Below, one piece after another: positions 41,424 to 51,043 of a stretch of DNA of 64,000 nucleotides. Each line of letters begins with the position of its first letter. The first letter of the stretch is position 1. The translations under genes were made by a program, and so were the position numbers. Origin of the DNA: Polyangiaceae bacterium (lineage in GTDB: Bacteria; Myxococcota_A; Polyangia; Polyangiales; Polyangiaceae); the NCBI GenBank assembly GCA_044376115.1, contig JBILLK010000005.1, positions 64,001-128,000 of the forward strand, read 5' to 3'. The notes beneath the pieces are model-generated. The model did not search any database. It saw only the letters and a program-made list of their open reading frames with translations, and had not been told where the DNA came from.

Positions 41424-42632
41424 ATGGCCTTTCTGATCCCCTCGCGCGCAGCTCGCCCCGGTGATGATCCCATCTTTGCGCTCAACAGCGAGGCGCGTGC
41501 GCGCGCTGCCGCGGGAGAGTCCGTGATCAATGCCACCGTCGGCTCACTCCTCTCCGACGACGGACGGCTGGCGACCCTCGAGTCGGTTATTGCCGAGCTC
41601 TCCAAGACACCTGCGGTCGTCGCGGCCGGCTACGCTCCAATTGCCGGGAATGCCGAGTTTCTGCGCGGGGTAATCGCTGACTTGCTGGGGGGCCGAAGGT
41701 CGGCCGAGTGGGCCGTCGCCGTTGCCACTCCTGGCGGAACGGGCGCCTTGCGTCACGCCATTGCGAACTTCCTCGAACCAAAGCAATCGCTGCTGACGAC
41801 TTCCTTCTATTGGGGCCCCTACAAGACGCTTGCCGATGAGTCGGATCGTGGGCTTGTTACCTTTCGCATGTTCAATGAACGCGGTGGTCTCGACACCGAA
41901 GCGTTCTCGAGTGCGCTAGGCACCATGCTGCGTGAACAGGGGCGCGCCCTCGTGCTGCTCAACAGCCCTTGTCACAACCCCACCGGCTACTCGTTCAGCG
42001 TGGATGAATGGCGCGAGGTTGCGCGCATCTTGCGTGAACATTCGAGCCTGGGCCCGATCACAGTGTGCTTGGACGTTGCTTACGCCAAGTTCGGTGGCCA
42101 GCTGGACGCCATGCTCGACGAGATGACCAGCCTCTTGCCCGACGTGCTCGTGGTCATCGCTTGGTCCGCGTCAAAGACCTTTCTCCAATACGGTCTGCGC
42201 ATTGGAGCGCTCTGTGCACTTCACCCTGATGCCGATGAGCGCCGGCGTATCGAGGCAGCGCTGACCTACTCTTGTCGCGGGACTTGGTCCAACGTGAACG
42301 CTGGAGGCATGGCTGCCATCGCGAGAATTTTGACGACGCCCACGATTCGCGAAGCCGTGGATCTGGAACGTAGCCAGTGTGTAGAGCTACTTGGTAAGCG
42401 GGTTGCGCGCTTCAATGCTCTCGCTGGCCCGAAGGGCCTTCTCTATCCGCGATACGACGGTGGTTTCTTCACCACCGTAATGACGAAGAGCGCCTTTGAC
42501 GTCGCTCTTCGCCTCAAGGCGAGAGGGGTGTTCGTTGTGCCGCAGGAGGGGGCCATCCGCATAGCGTTGTGCTCCGTTGCCGAAGCAGACATTCCGCGGC
42601 TCGTTGAAGAGGTCGCCAGCGCGCTGGGTTAG
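41424..42632 (+). CDS. Class I/II PLP aminotransferase (aspartate aminotransferase-like)
   Basis: TPGGTGAL, CHNPTG, DVAY, SASK....YGLRIG. Confidence 0.9.
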   Translation: MAFLIPSRAARPGDDPIFALNSEARARAAAGESVINATVGSLLSDDGRLATLESVIAELSKTPAVVAAGYAPIAGNAEFLRGVIADLLGGRRSAEWAVAVATPGGTGALRHAIANFLEPKQSLLTTSFYWGPYKTLADESDRGLVTFRMFNERGGLDTEAFSSALGTMLREQGRALVLLNSPCHNPTGYSFSVDEWREVARILREHSSLGPITVCLDVAYAKFGGQLDAMLDEMTSLLPDVLVVIAWSASKTFLQYGLRIGALCALHPDADERRRIEAALTYSCRGTWSNVNAGGMAAIARILTTPTIREAVDLERSQCVELLGKRVARFNALAGPKGLLYPRYDGGFFTTVMTKSAFDVALRLKARGVFVVPQEGAIRIALCSVAEADIPRLVEEVASALG

Positions 42633-44663
42633 CTACCACTTCTCAGCACTACGCACTTTGGGAACCGCCGGCAGTTTGAGATTCACCTCTCGTGCCAGGG
42701 CCTCTGCGTTGGGCCGCCGATAACTAAGTAGAGGCACTGCATCATTGTCGTACGGTTGGTTGCTCGGCGGCTTGGGGCACTTGTCCCTAACCCAGTAAAC
42801 GTCGAAGCCGATTAACTCGTCCGACGGGTTACCTGTACGGAGATGGTAGCGAAGAAGATAGTCTTTGAGACCATCTCTGTAACTGGCGTTTCGGTCGAGT
42901 CGAATGCGGTTTCCGTAGTCTTGCCTAAGCTGGGAGAGGCCTGCGCCCCGAAGCGGCCTGAGGTCGAGAATAGGGGGTTCTCCAGTCAGCGGATCGATCC
43001 GGCGCCCATCGAGCGTGAACGCATCCACCGTGAGTATCCCGTCTTCCTGAATCGGATTCGGCGCGAACATGCCCCAGCCTTGGAACGTACGCGTATATCC
43101 AATCGTGATCTGCATGATCTTGGGTGCATCTGGTTTGAGGGTGATCACCTCGCTACCGACGTACTTTTTGACGAGTTCGAGCGCCCACTTCTCGTCGGGC
43201 TGCAGTTCCTGTCCCTCCTTGAGGGGTGGTGGCAGCGTTTTCGGAATCATCTTGTTCTCTAGGTACAGTTGATAGGTAGCCGCGATTGCCAAGTAGACGA
43301 GCGACGCTTCCCTCACGCGGTGAACCCACCGTCCAAGGCGCTCTCTTAGCGGAGACGCTACAGCGAGTTCGGGACCACCAACCGTCAGCCCCCAGAACCG
43401 GCTGATCTGATCCCCGTGGCCAAGGGCCCAGCGAGCCATGAGTGGAAATGTACCAAGGCTCAATAGTGTCACGGCGCGGCGAAGCCAGCGCCCAAAAGTG
43501 AGTGCCTCTGTCAGGCTCAGCCAAAGCGTTGCTGAATCCTTTGAGACCTTACCGGCCTCGTCCCGAGTCGCTAGCGATGCGCCATCGCGCGCGGCTTCGA
43601 TACCAATTCGCCCACGTGGATCGAGGCGGCGAACAACGCGTGCGACCAACATCGCGAAGGCTTGGGTCTCGTCCACGAGCAGCGTGCAAGTCTTGCTTCG
43701 CCGGTCATAGAATCGCCGGGCTCGCTCGAAGTGCACTGGCAAGAGCAACAAGATGGACCAACAGATGAGACACCACGAGAAGGGCCCAAGACGCATGAAG
43801 GTGCCGAACGTCGTGTGTAAAAGGCACATTAGAACGATCGCGATCGGCCGGGTGTAGAAGCGCGCTCGGGGCGAGGCGATGCACACGAAGATAGTCGCCT
43901 CTACGACCAGCGCACCGTAGTCAGCAGCCTGGACCATGAATGGCGGGAAGTGTTCCCTGACGAAGACACCAAGCCCAGTCACCATGCGATCGAGGTGGAG
44001 TACGTAGTGAACGGCCTCCCCACGACGCCAAAGATGGCCCATCTTGTTCAAGACGTTGAACAGGTAAACGACGGACACGTTGACAATGATGATGAGCCCA
44101 ATCATCGAGACAATCGGACCGCGCCAGCCGCTTGGGTCACCGCCCGCGTTGATCTCGGTGACGCTGGCCTCTCTACGCAAGCTCAGTGAGCGCTTCCAGG
44201 CATCAATCGAGAACCGCCGCTCGAGCGGCATGAAGCAGCCCCAGAAGCAAAGCAGGTTCTGAACGACATACCCCCCATTCTCGACGAAGGGTATGCGCGT
44301 ATCGCGACTCACTACCCATACACAGGTCAGTATTGCAAAGAGGCGAGTCCTATATCCTACCGTGTAGAGTACGTGGCAGATCAGTCCCAATGCGAAGAGA
44401 ACGTGGACCTCAGCAGTTGCTGAGAAAGCGTGGAAGATGGACAGCCCGTTGCCACTCGTAGGCTTGAACAAGTGGCTGTGATTGCTGAGCACCCCTTCAT
44501 TTGAGTAGAGAAACCCAATCTCCATCCAATGCCGGATGCAATCGAGGATTAAGAATATCCCGAAGACGATCCGGAACAGCCCTGCGGCGCGTGGATCGAC
44601 CGTGAAGTAGCGAGAGTGAAGGCCACGCCAGAGCCGCTTCACCCAACCGCTGCCCGCGGTCAT
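42633..44663 (-). CDS. HTTM-domain membrane protein with degenerate DCC-like insert (paralog B)
   Basis: DPRAAGLFRI, LYSNEGVL, GYRTR, ENGG, FSIDA, QGWGMFAPNP; insert LLVDETQAFA has no CxxC. Confidence 0.8.
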   Translation of the reverse strand: MTAGSGWVKRLWRGLHSRYFTVDPRAAGLFRIVFGIFLILDCIRHWMEIGFLYSNEGVLSNHSHLFKPTSGNGLSIFHAFSATAEVHVLFALGLICHVLYTVGYRTRLFAILTCVWVVSRDTRIPFVENGGYVVQNLLCFWGCFMPLERRFSIDAWKRSLSLRREASVTEINAGGDPSGWRGPIVSMIGLIIIVNVSVVYLFNVLNKMGHLWRRGEAVHYVLHLDRMVTGLGVFVREHFPPFMVQAADYGALVVEATIFVCIASPRARFYTRPIAIVLMCLLHTTFGTFMRLGPFSWCLICWSILLLLPVHFERARRFYDRRSKTCTLLVDETQAFAMLVARVVRRLDPRGRIGIEAARDGASLATRDEAGKVSKDSATLWLSLTEALTFGRWLRRAVTLLSLGTFPLMARWALGHGDQISRFWGLTVGGPELAVASPLRERLGRWVHRVREASLVYLAIAATYQLYLENKMIPKTLPPPLKEGQELQPDEKWALELVKKYVGSEVITLKPDAPKIMQITIGYTRTFQGWGMFAPNPIQEDGILTVDAFTLDGRRIDPLTGEPPILDLRPLRGAGLSQLRQDYGNRIRLDRNASYRDGLKDYLLRYHLRTGNPSDELIGFDVYWVRDKCPKPPSNQPYDNDAVPLLSYRRPNAEALAREVNLKLPAVPKVRSAEKW

Positions 44664-46738
44664 TCGCCGAGCTCTTCGCCTGGGGTCAGTCGTTGCGGAA
44701 CTGGGGTCGTCTCCGGCTCCGGGTCGACTGGAGCCTTCAGCATCGGCAGTCTCTGCTGAAGATTCGGCGGTCCCGACCCTGGAGCGCCGAACGTTCCTCC
44801 GCCTCGGCCCTGGCGGAATACTCGTTCATTCACCACCTCCGATGAGCCATCGACGGGCCGTTTCAACCAGTAGAAGTCTGCCCCAATGAGTCGTCCTTCC
44901 TCCAACTGGAACTTGGGACCTCGTTTCAACACGTACGCCTTGAATGCAGACTGATATCCGCGCCGCTGATCACTGATGACCCGCGGCAGGTACATCGCCC
45001 ACATGGATCCGAGCTCAAACGGCTGGTCGAGTGTCATCACCGGCTGGCGACCCGTGAAGCTGTCGATGTTCTCGCCCTCCTTGATCATCGCGTCCACCAC
45101 GGGGCCCTCGCTCAAGGTTGGCGGTTCAGGTGAAAGCAGCGACCACTGAGCTGTGGTGCGAGTCCACCAAGTGACGCTCTCAAGCACGCCCGTCGGCTTC
45201 ACGCCAATGCCAAGGCTGTGAACCTCGTCGGCGCGCAGCAGGAGCGCCAGCAAAACGAATACGGCGAGCCCCTCTCGAACGCTGCTGAAGAGCCAGTTCT
45301 TGAGTCGCGTGGCCGGTGCTACCTCAACCGTTTCTGTTACCGCTTGCTTGGGTTCGGGTCGGGGTACGCCGCAGGCACTCATTCCCAGTGAGACGCTAAC
45401 GGCGGCGCGCCTGGGCGCGAATAGCTTGTAAAAAACCTCGAAAAGTCCAGAAAGACCCGGCAGTGAAAGCAGCCACCCTAGGAGGCTTAGCCCAGGCACC
45501 GCACGCATCACCTCGGACACTGCTTGCCCTCTAAGCGCGAAGCTACCATCCTCGCGAATCGCGACCACTGTTGACTCGAGCAGCTCCGGGGTCAGGGCGT
45601 CGGGGAGCCTGATCTCTTTCCGTTTTCCGTCCGCGGAGACACGAACCGCCAACTGGTCGGCACCATCCTGAAACGAACCGTTTCCTAAGAAGATGAGCTG
45701 GCGACGAGTATCGATCCGTCGCAGATAGCGAGATAACCAAAAGCAAATACCGCAGTCTTCGTCATAGATTACGGTGCGGGTTCGCCGTTTTTCAAAGCGA
45801 CCTGCCCACGCTTCCCAGGTATCAGAAGAGACCAATAGCAGCGAAGCGCTCGCTAAGGCGTAACCGTACAAAGAGAACTGGGTAAGCAGCGCGAACACTA
45901 AGCCATAGCCTGCAAGACACGCTGCCGCTAAAAGCCGCAACGGCCCTCTAAACAGTGGTATCAAGGCCAGTCCGATGGTTGCGTAAGGTGCAATCCTGAC
46001 GAAGTGCGTCAAGGGCCCGAGGATGGGGCTATTGCGGAGGGAGAACCCCAAGGGGGAAGCCACCAGGTGAACCTGCATCGCCTTGTGCAATGCAGAACCG
46101 TCGTTCCAGCTCCCCACACGAGCGTGTGCCGTTGAGTAGAGGATCGCAAACACAAGCCCCAGCGTACCGGCGGCAGCTAACGAGACAGGACTGAATCCTG
46201 GAAGTCGCCCAGCTTGCACCGCCTTGTCCGATGGGAGCTTGAAGTCTTCAATCAGCTCCTTTGGCTTCATCTCAGTCGCCGCCTTGGCGCGTGCGCCAAT
46301 GACGTCCACGCTGAAGGCCGCACCAAGGGGAAGGAAAACAGTAGCCAGCAAGAGGGCGAGCGCGACAGGTTCTCCCGGGCCCTCCGCGAGCAAGTTCCGC
46401 GCAGAAAGACTCACTAGTCCTACCAAGGAGAGCACGTGCGAAACCCGGGTATAGATACCTAGGGTGAACATGCCGTAGACGACCGCAATCAGCAAAAGAC
46501 CAACCGTGGCCTCTCCTGGTGTTGCAAATGCGTGGAGCAAACTCCAGACGAAGCGGCCTTCATTCTTCAGATTGAAGAGATGATTGTGATTGGGCAGTAC
46601 TCCCTCGTTCGAATAGAACGCGGCGCGATGCACGAACCTCTGCGCCAGGTCTGTCAGTAGAGTCAATCCCAGGGCGATTCTGAAGAGGCCCAGGCTTCGC
46701 GCATCGATTCTTAGGTAGTGACGAAGGAAGGCGTTCAA
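44660..46738 (-). CDS. HTTM-domain membrane protein fused to DCC (DUF393) thiol-disulfide domain (paralog A)
   Basis: DARSLGLFRI, FYSNEGVL, FSVD, VIYDEDCGIC, QWSLLSPEP. Confidence 0.82.
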   Translation of the reverse strand: MNAFLRHYLRIDARSLGLFRIALGLTLLTDLAQRFVHRAAFYSNEGVLPNHNHLFNLKNEGRFVWSLLHAFATPGEATVGLLLIAVVYGMFTLGIYTRVSHVLSLVGLVSLSARNLLAEGPGEPVALALLLATVFLPLGAAFSVDVIGARAKAATEMKPKELIEDFKLPSDKAVQAGRLPGFSPVSLAAAGTLGLVFAILYSTAHARVGSWNDGSALHKAMQVHLVASPLGFSLRNSPILGPLTHFVRIAPYATIGLALIPLFRGPLRLLAAACLAGYGLVFALLTQFSLYGYALASASLLLVSSDTWEAWAGRFEKRRTRTVIYDEDCGICFWLSRYLRRIDTRRQLIFLGNGSFQDGADQLAVRVSADGKRKEIRLPDALTPELLESTVVAIREDGSFALRGQAVSEVMRAVPGLSLLGWLLSLPGLSGLFEVFYKLFAPRRAAVSVSLGMSACGVPRPEPKQAVTETVEVAPATRLKNWLFSSVREGLAVFVLLALLLRADEVHSLGIGVKPTGVLESVTWWTRTTAQWSLLSPEPPTLSEGPVVDAMIKEGENIDSFTGRQPVMTLDQPFELGSMWAMYLPRVISDQRRGYQSAFKAYVLKRGPKFQLEEGRLIGADFYWLKRPVDGSSEVVNERVFRQGRGGGTFGAPGSGPPNLQQRLPMLKAPVDPEPETTPVPQRLTPGEELGE

Positions 46739-46741
46739 GGG

Positions 46742-47830
46742 CTATTCATCCTGGATGCGAAACCGAAAGTCGTCTGCGTTGGCGATTGTTGGAATGCTCT
46801 CGCGCTTCAGCAGCACCGTTCGTACAGCCCACACATCGCCGAATACACGGTAGCGAAGAGCTGTCTGATCGAGATAGTCGACGCCAGCGGAGCCACCCGT
46901 GCCAGTGCGCCGCCCAATCACACGCTCAACCATCCGAGCGTGCCGCTGTCGCCAAATGATCATTTTCTGCTCCATCTCGAGCAGCGCGTCGAGCGCCTCC
47001 CTGGGCCACGCCAAGCGAGGGAGATCGCGGTAACTCTCCAGAAAAACGAGTGCAGCTCGTACGTGGATCCGTTCTTCTTTGGTGAACCCTTCGAGCGTTG
47101 AGTCGTCCTCTGCGAGCAGGAACTTACGGGTATTGGCGAAGTCACGCTGGTAGCGGGCTCGCCAAAGTTCGAGGTCGGCCTCGGGCAACTGCATCTTTTC
47201 TGATACTGAGACCAGCCGAGCCTCCACCTCTTGCGCATGTCCTTCGAGGAAGCGCTCGAGAAACTCAGTGGGCGAGGCGTCGGCCACCGGGGTTCGGGCG
47301 AGCCAGCGGTAGATGAGTGTGCGTAAGCTCGCCTTTTGGGTCAGCCTGCGCTGTACGCGTGCAAGTGCGGGAGAGCTGCTACCGTCCATTGCCTTGAGTG
47401 CGTCTTTGTAGCTGCCCTCCACGCCCAACGAAATTCGCTGACTCTCATCCAGCCCCAGGATGATCTCGATTTCGCGGAGCTGCGCTGACTGAAAGCCGCT
47501 CGCTCCAATCAGGCTGTCACGGAAGCCGAGATAGTCGCGAGTGGTCAACGTCTCCATCACCGCAAAGTGGCTGATGGCTTGGTCGAAGATGGTCGTGATG
47601 CGACGAAACGACTTCGTTGCTTGCGCCAGTGCCATGTCGGGAACGGGCTTCTGGTCGAAGAGCGAGCAGGCTTGATCGAGTTCGCGAATAATGAGTTTGA
47701 ACCAAAGCTCATAGACTTGGTGAACGACGATGAAGAGCGTTTCATCGTTGTTCACCTCGGAGTCATCCGACTTCAACCCGGATTGAAGTCGAAGTAGGTC
47801 CTCGACTTTGATGTAGTCCCAGTAATTCAC
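46742..47830 (-). CDS. kynA: Tryptophan 2,3-dioxygenase
   Basis: Y.DY....LL.LQ, LFIVVHQVYELWFK, ASGFQSAQLREIE, WR.RH..MVERVIG...GTGGS.G..YL. Confidence 0.95.
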   Translation of the reverse strand: MNYWDYIKVEDLLRLQSGLKSDDSEVNNDETLFIVVHQVYELWFKLIIRELDQACSLFDQKPVPDMALAQATKSFRRITTIFDQAISHFAVMETLTTRDYLGFRDSLIGASGFQSAQLREIEIILGLDESQRISLGVEGSYKDALKAMDGSSSPALARVQRRLTQKASLRTLIYRWLARTPVADASPTEFLERFLEGHAQEVEARLVSVSEKMQLPEADLELWRARYQRDFANTRKFLLAEDDSTLEGFTKEERIHVRAALVFLESYRDLPRLAWPREALDALLEMEQKMIIWRQRHARMVERVIGRRTGTGGSAGVDYLDQTALRYRVFGDVWAVRTVLLKRESIPTIANADDFRFRIQDE

Positions 47831-47926
47831 GGGGCGAGTCTATATCAAACCGTCCGCAGCGAGCGTGCTTACCTGTGCCGTTTGCTACGGGATCTAGCGG
47901 ACAAGACGCTACGTTACGTGTGCCGC

Positions 47927-48586
47927 CTACTGCTGTTCGCGAGTGAGGCCGTCCGGCCCGATGTCGATGGGCGGGCCGTAGTAAACGAGCTCGGCTTGCT
48001 CGGAGCCGCCGGCTGCGTCCACGCGCAGCTGAACGATACCAACGCCTGGGCACAGCGTGGTCACCACCGTGCGCGAGACGTCCCCACGCACTTCCTCGCG
48101 AGTGCGGTGACAGCCCGCGTAGGTTCCGGACGCTGCGTTGACGCTGATCCCAAGTTCGCTGAACTTGGTAACCCCGCCGTGGGGACCGAGCCAACTGTGA
48201 TCGAGGGCGAACGGGGTCTTGAAAAGGAACGCGGAAGCACCTGTCTTTGTAACAGTCGCAACACCCCCGGCCGTGTACTCAAAAGCCTGATCCGCACCAG
48301 GTTTCTTTAGCGTGCCACGCAAAGCATCTTGGCGGTGGACCTTCATCACCAACATCCCCGCAGGCTCCACGCGATCGCCAAGGAGCTCAACGCGATAGTG
48401 GTAGAGATTACCGTCGAGCAAAGGGAAGAACGCCTCTGCCTCGCTCGAGGGCGGCCCTGCCTTGTATCCTGGTTCAGTGGCCTGCCACGACGTCCGGGTT
48501 TTCGGGCTCGTTGCCTCAACGCATCCGCCCATGGCCAATACGGTGAAGAGCGAGCTGAGGTGAACGATGAGTTTGTGCGCAGCCAT
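47927..48586 (-). CDS. Hypothetical lipoprotein
   Basis: Lipobox MGGC; FFPL..G..Y.Y and CPGVGIV. Confidence 0.65.
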   Translation of the reverse strand: MAAHKLIVHLSSLFTVLAMGGCVEATSPKTRTSWQATEPGYKAGPPSSEAEAFFPLLDGNLYHYRVELLGDRVEPAGMLVMKVHRQDALRGTLKKPGADQAFEYTAGGVATVTKTGASAFLFKTPFALDHSWLGPHGGVTKFSELGISVNAASGTYAGCHRTREEVRGDVSRTVVTTLCPGVGIVQLRVDAAGGSEQAELVYYGPPIDIGPDGLTREQQ

Positions 48587-48942
48587 CAGGGTCGAGCCGA
48601 ATCAGTGATTGGAGGTGCAGGAGCGTCTCGATGTTCACGCGCGGAGAAAAGAAAGTGGCCTCCGATAAACAACGCCAGACCAAGCCCTACGACTAGCAGA
48701 GCAGCTGAAACGATGTCTGGGTTCACGCGTTGGCGCAGGTCAATAGCCGCAGCCTTCACACGCGGATCACGCGTCGTTGAGGCGAGGCTTTCGCAGCCGT
48801 CTCGAACGGCCCCGTAGTTCCCGCGCTCAAAAGCTGCGAGGAGCTCAGCCAGACGTGGATCCTCGGGATAGCTTCGTGCGAAGGGGGGGCGCAAGGTCGA
48901 CCCTGAGGTCGTTGTTTCGCTGGGGTCGTTCTTGTCGCTCAC
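48586..48942 (-). CDS. Small membrane protein
   Basis: Single C-terminal TM; overlaps both neighbours. Confidence 0.6.
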   Translation of the reverse strand: MSDKNDPSETTTSGSTLRPPFARSYPEDPRLAELLAAFERGNYGAVRDGCESLASTTRDPRVKAAAIDLRQRVNPDIVSAALLVVGLGLALFIGGHFLFSAREHRDAPAPPITDSARP

Positions 48943-49238
48943 CGCGGCGTATCCTCGGGTCGATCTTTGAACGGAACCATCGGCTCACCCTCCCGACTCA
49001 CGGAGCACCGCACGCCATCGCAATTGGCCTTGTAGGTGGCCTTTTGCCCGCAGCCGATGGCCTCAAAAACACCCCCCCAAGCCTCCACCACTCTGATCTC
49101 CTCGGGTGGACAATCGAGATCACGCTCCGCATCTGAGCGAACGATTGGCTTCGCCTGTTCGGCACCGAGAGGATATCCAACACCGCAGCCACCGAAGGCC
49201 AGCAGCAGGAGGTAACCTCGTCTCGATCCGCTAACCAT
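48939..49238 (-). CDS. Small Cys-containing lipoprotein
   Basis: FGGC lipobox; DLDCP and A.GCG..A.Y...C....C. Confidence 0.6.
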   Translation of the reverse strand: MVSGSRRGYLLLLAFGGCGVGYPLGAEQAKPIVRSDAERDLDCPPEEIRVVEAWGGVFEAIGCGQKATYKANCDGVRCSVSREGEPMVPFKDRPEDTPR

Positions 49239-49292
49239 CGCGCGCGCATGTTGAACGGCGCCCGACCTCATGCCAAGGATGAAGAAGCAAAA

Positions 49293-49799
49293 ATGATCTT
49301 CCGGCTTCTGTTGGGTCTCGTGAAAGGTGTCCTGGTCGGCGGCCTGTTGGGCTTTTTGCTGTTGAAACTGGGCCTCGCGAGTCCCGGGCCACTGGTTGCT
49401 TATCTTGGCGCCGCTGTTGTTGGGGTGGTTGTCGGCCTCATCGCTGGCAAACCGATTTGGAGTGAGGGCGGGAAGATTGAGGCTGGCTTGAAAGCTGGCT
49501 TTGGAGCGCTGCTGGCCGCGGGCTTAATGTGGGCTACTCGCTCGCTATTGGGAGGTGTAGGGCTTGGCTGGGCGGGCTTACCAGGCGCAACTCTCGGTGG
49601 ATACGCCATCACCTCTCTGAGTCTGGTTGCGGCAGTGCTCGCCGGGTTCTACGACGCCGACAACACGCCCTCGGCGGAGCCCGACTCGGCCGAGAAGGGG
49701 CAACCGAAGCTTCGGGTGGGGCCGGCAACCAAGAGCGCTGCGTCCAATCTGGACCTGGAGGATGAACTAGAAGCAGAGGAACGAAAGGCTCGGAGGTAG
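49293..49799 (+). CDS. Four-TM membrane protein with acidic tail
   Basis: Hydrophobic helices; GKPIW...KIEAGLKA and FYDADNT. Confidence 0.7.
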   Translation: MIFRLLLGLVKGVLVGGLLGFLLLKLGLASPGPLVAYLGAAVVGVVVGLIAGKPIWSEGGKIEAGLKAGFGALLAAGLMWATRSLLGGVGLGWAGLPGATLGGYAITSLSLVAAVLAGFYDADNTPSAEPDSAEKGQPKLRVGPATKSAASNLDLEDELEAEERKARR

Positions 49800-49804
49800 G
49801 AGCC

Positions 49805-50599
49805 GTGTCGGCGTCGCGCTACCTGCTCTTCTGTATGTTGGCTTCAGCGTACGGGCTTCTGGTCTCTTCTCTTTGGCTTGGGCCACCGCCGATATGGGTC
49901 TCCGGCCTTCTCCTTCTTGGTCTCGTCACGGTCGTAACGCTGGGTTCGATTTTCTTGAACCTCGCCCTGTTTGTTCCTGTGGTTGCGCGCGGTGACGCGC
50001 GCGCTCCCAACGTAGCCCTCACCTTCGATGATGGCCCACACCCAGTCCATACCCGTAGGGTCATGGACCTGTTGGAAGCGGGGAACGCCCGTGGAACCTT
50101 CTTTTTGATTGGGGAAAAGGCGGCACAGTTCCCCGACCTCGTCTGCGAAATGGTGCGAAGAGGCCACGAGATTGCACTGCATAGCTACAGCCACGACCGC
50201 TTGCTCAACATGCGCCATGAGTCGCGAATCGTGAAGGATTTGGAACAGACGCAGCAGGTTATCGAGCGGGCTGTTGAGGTCCGGCCCATTCTCTTCCGGC
50301 CACCTGTCGGCCTTACGAGTCCCCGCACACAGGTCGCAGTTACACGGTTGGGACTGCGAGTCGTCGGCTGGACAGCAAGAGCCTTCGACGGAGCCGCGCG
50401 TCCCGATGCGGCTACAATTTTGCGCCGCATCGAGCCCAATCTCAAGCCAGGGGCGATTGTCCTACTGCACGACGCTGCGGAGCGTGGGGACGAGCCCCCA
50501 ACCAGCCTGGAGGCTCTACCGCAGCTGCTCGATGCAGTTGCTCGTCGCGGGCTCAGCTGTTTGACGGTTTCACAGCTGGTCGGGGTCGCTAAGCCGTGA
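49805..50599 (+). CDS. Polysaccharide deacetylase (CE4/NodB)
   Basis: ALTFDDGP, HSYSH, FRPP.G, IVLLHD; two N-terminal TMs. Confidence 0.92.
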   Translation: MSASRYLLFCMLASAYGLLVSSLWLGPPPIWVSGLLLLGLVTVVTLGSIFLNLALFVPVVARGDARAPNVALTFDDGPHPVHTRRVMDLLEAGNARGTFFLIGEKAAQFPDLVCEMVRRGHEIALHSYSHDRLLNMRHESRIVKDLEQTQQVIERAVEVRPILFRPPVGLTSPRTQVAVTRLGLRVVGWTARAFDGAARPDAATILRRIEPNLKPGAIVLLHDAAERGDEPPTSLEALPQLLDAVARRGLSCLTVSQLVGVAKP

Positions 50600-51029
50600 T
50601 GTGCGCAGGCTCGCGCAGGACTAGCACTGGGCGGTCTGCGTTGTTGACGACCTTCGACGCTGTCGTACCCAGCATCTTGTCGAGCTTTCCGTACCCGTGA
50701 GCACCGATCACAATGAGGTCAACATTCGCTTCTCGGGCAGCCTGTTCAATCGCAGACCAAGGCGAACCAAAAAGAACGCGTGTGCCCAAGGCAATATCTG
50801 CTGGAACTTGCATGAGCAGCTTCTTCAGCTCTTCTGATGCGTTGCGCTCGACCAGCCGGGCGAGCTCGTCGGGGCCGAGGGTGTACGCTTCCACCGGGAC
50901 GTCTTTCGGCACTCCGACGGCGCGGAAGAGAAGAATCTTGGCCCCGGTTTTCTTGGCGAGATCGATCGCCGCGCTGAGGACACCAGCTTCTCGTGGCGAG
51001 CCGTCGACTGCGACTAACATGGTTTTCAT
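50589..51029 (-). CDS. Universal stress protein
   Basis: LVAVDGS, DLIVIGAHG, LGTTASKVV..A..PVLV. Confidence 0.93.
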   Translation of the reverse strand: MKTMLVAVDGSPREAGVLSAAIDLAKKTGAKILLFRAVGVPKDVPVEAYTLGPDELARLVERNASEELKKLLMQVPADIALGTRVLFGSPWSAIEQAAREANVDLIVIGAHGYGKLDKMLGTTASKVVNNADRPVLVLREPAHITA

Positions 51030-51043
51030 CGGTGACCTTTTTC

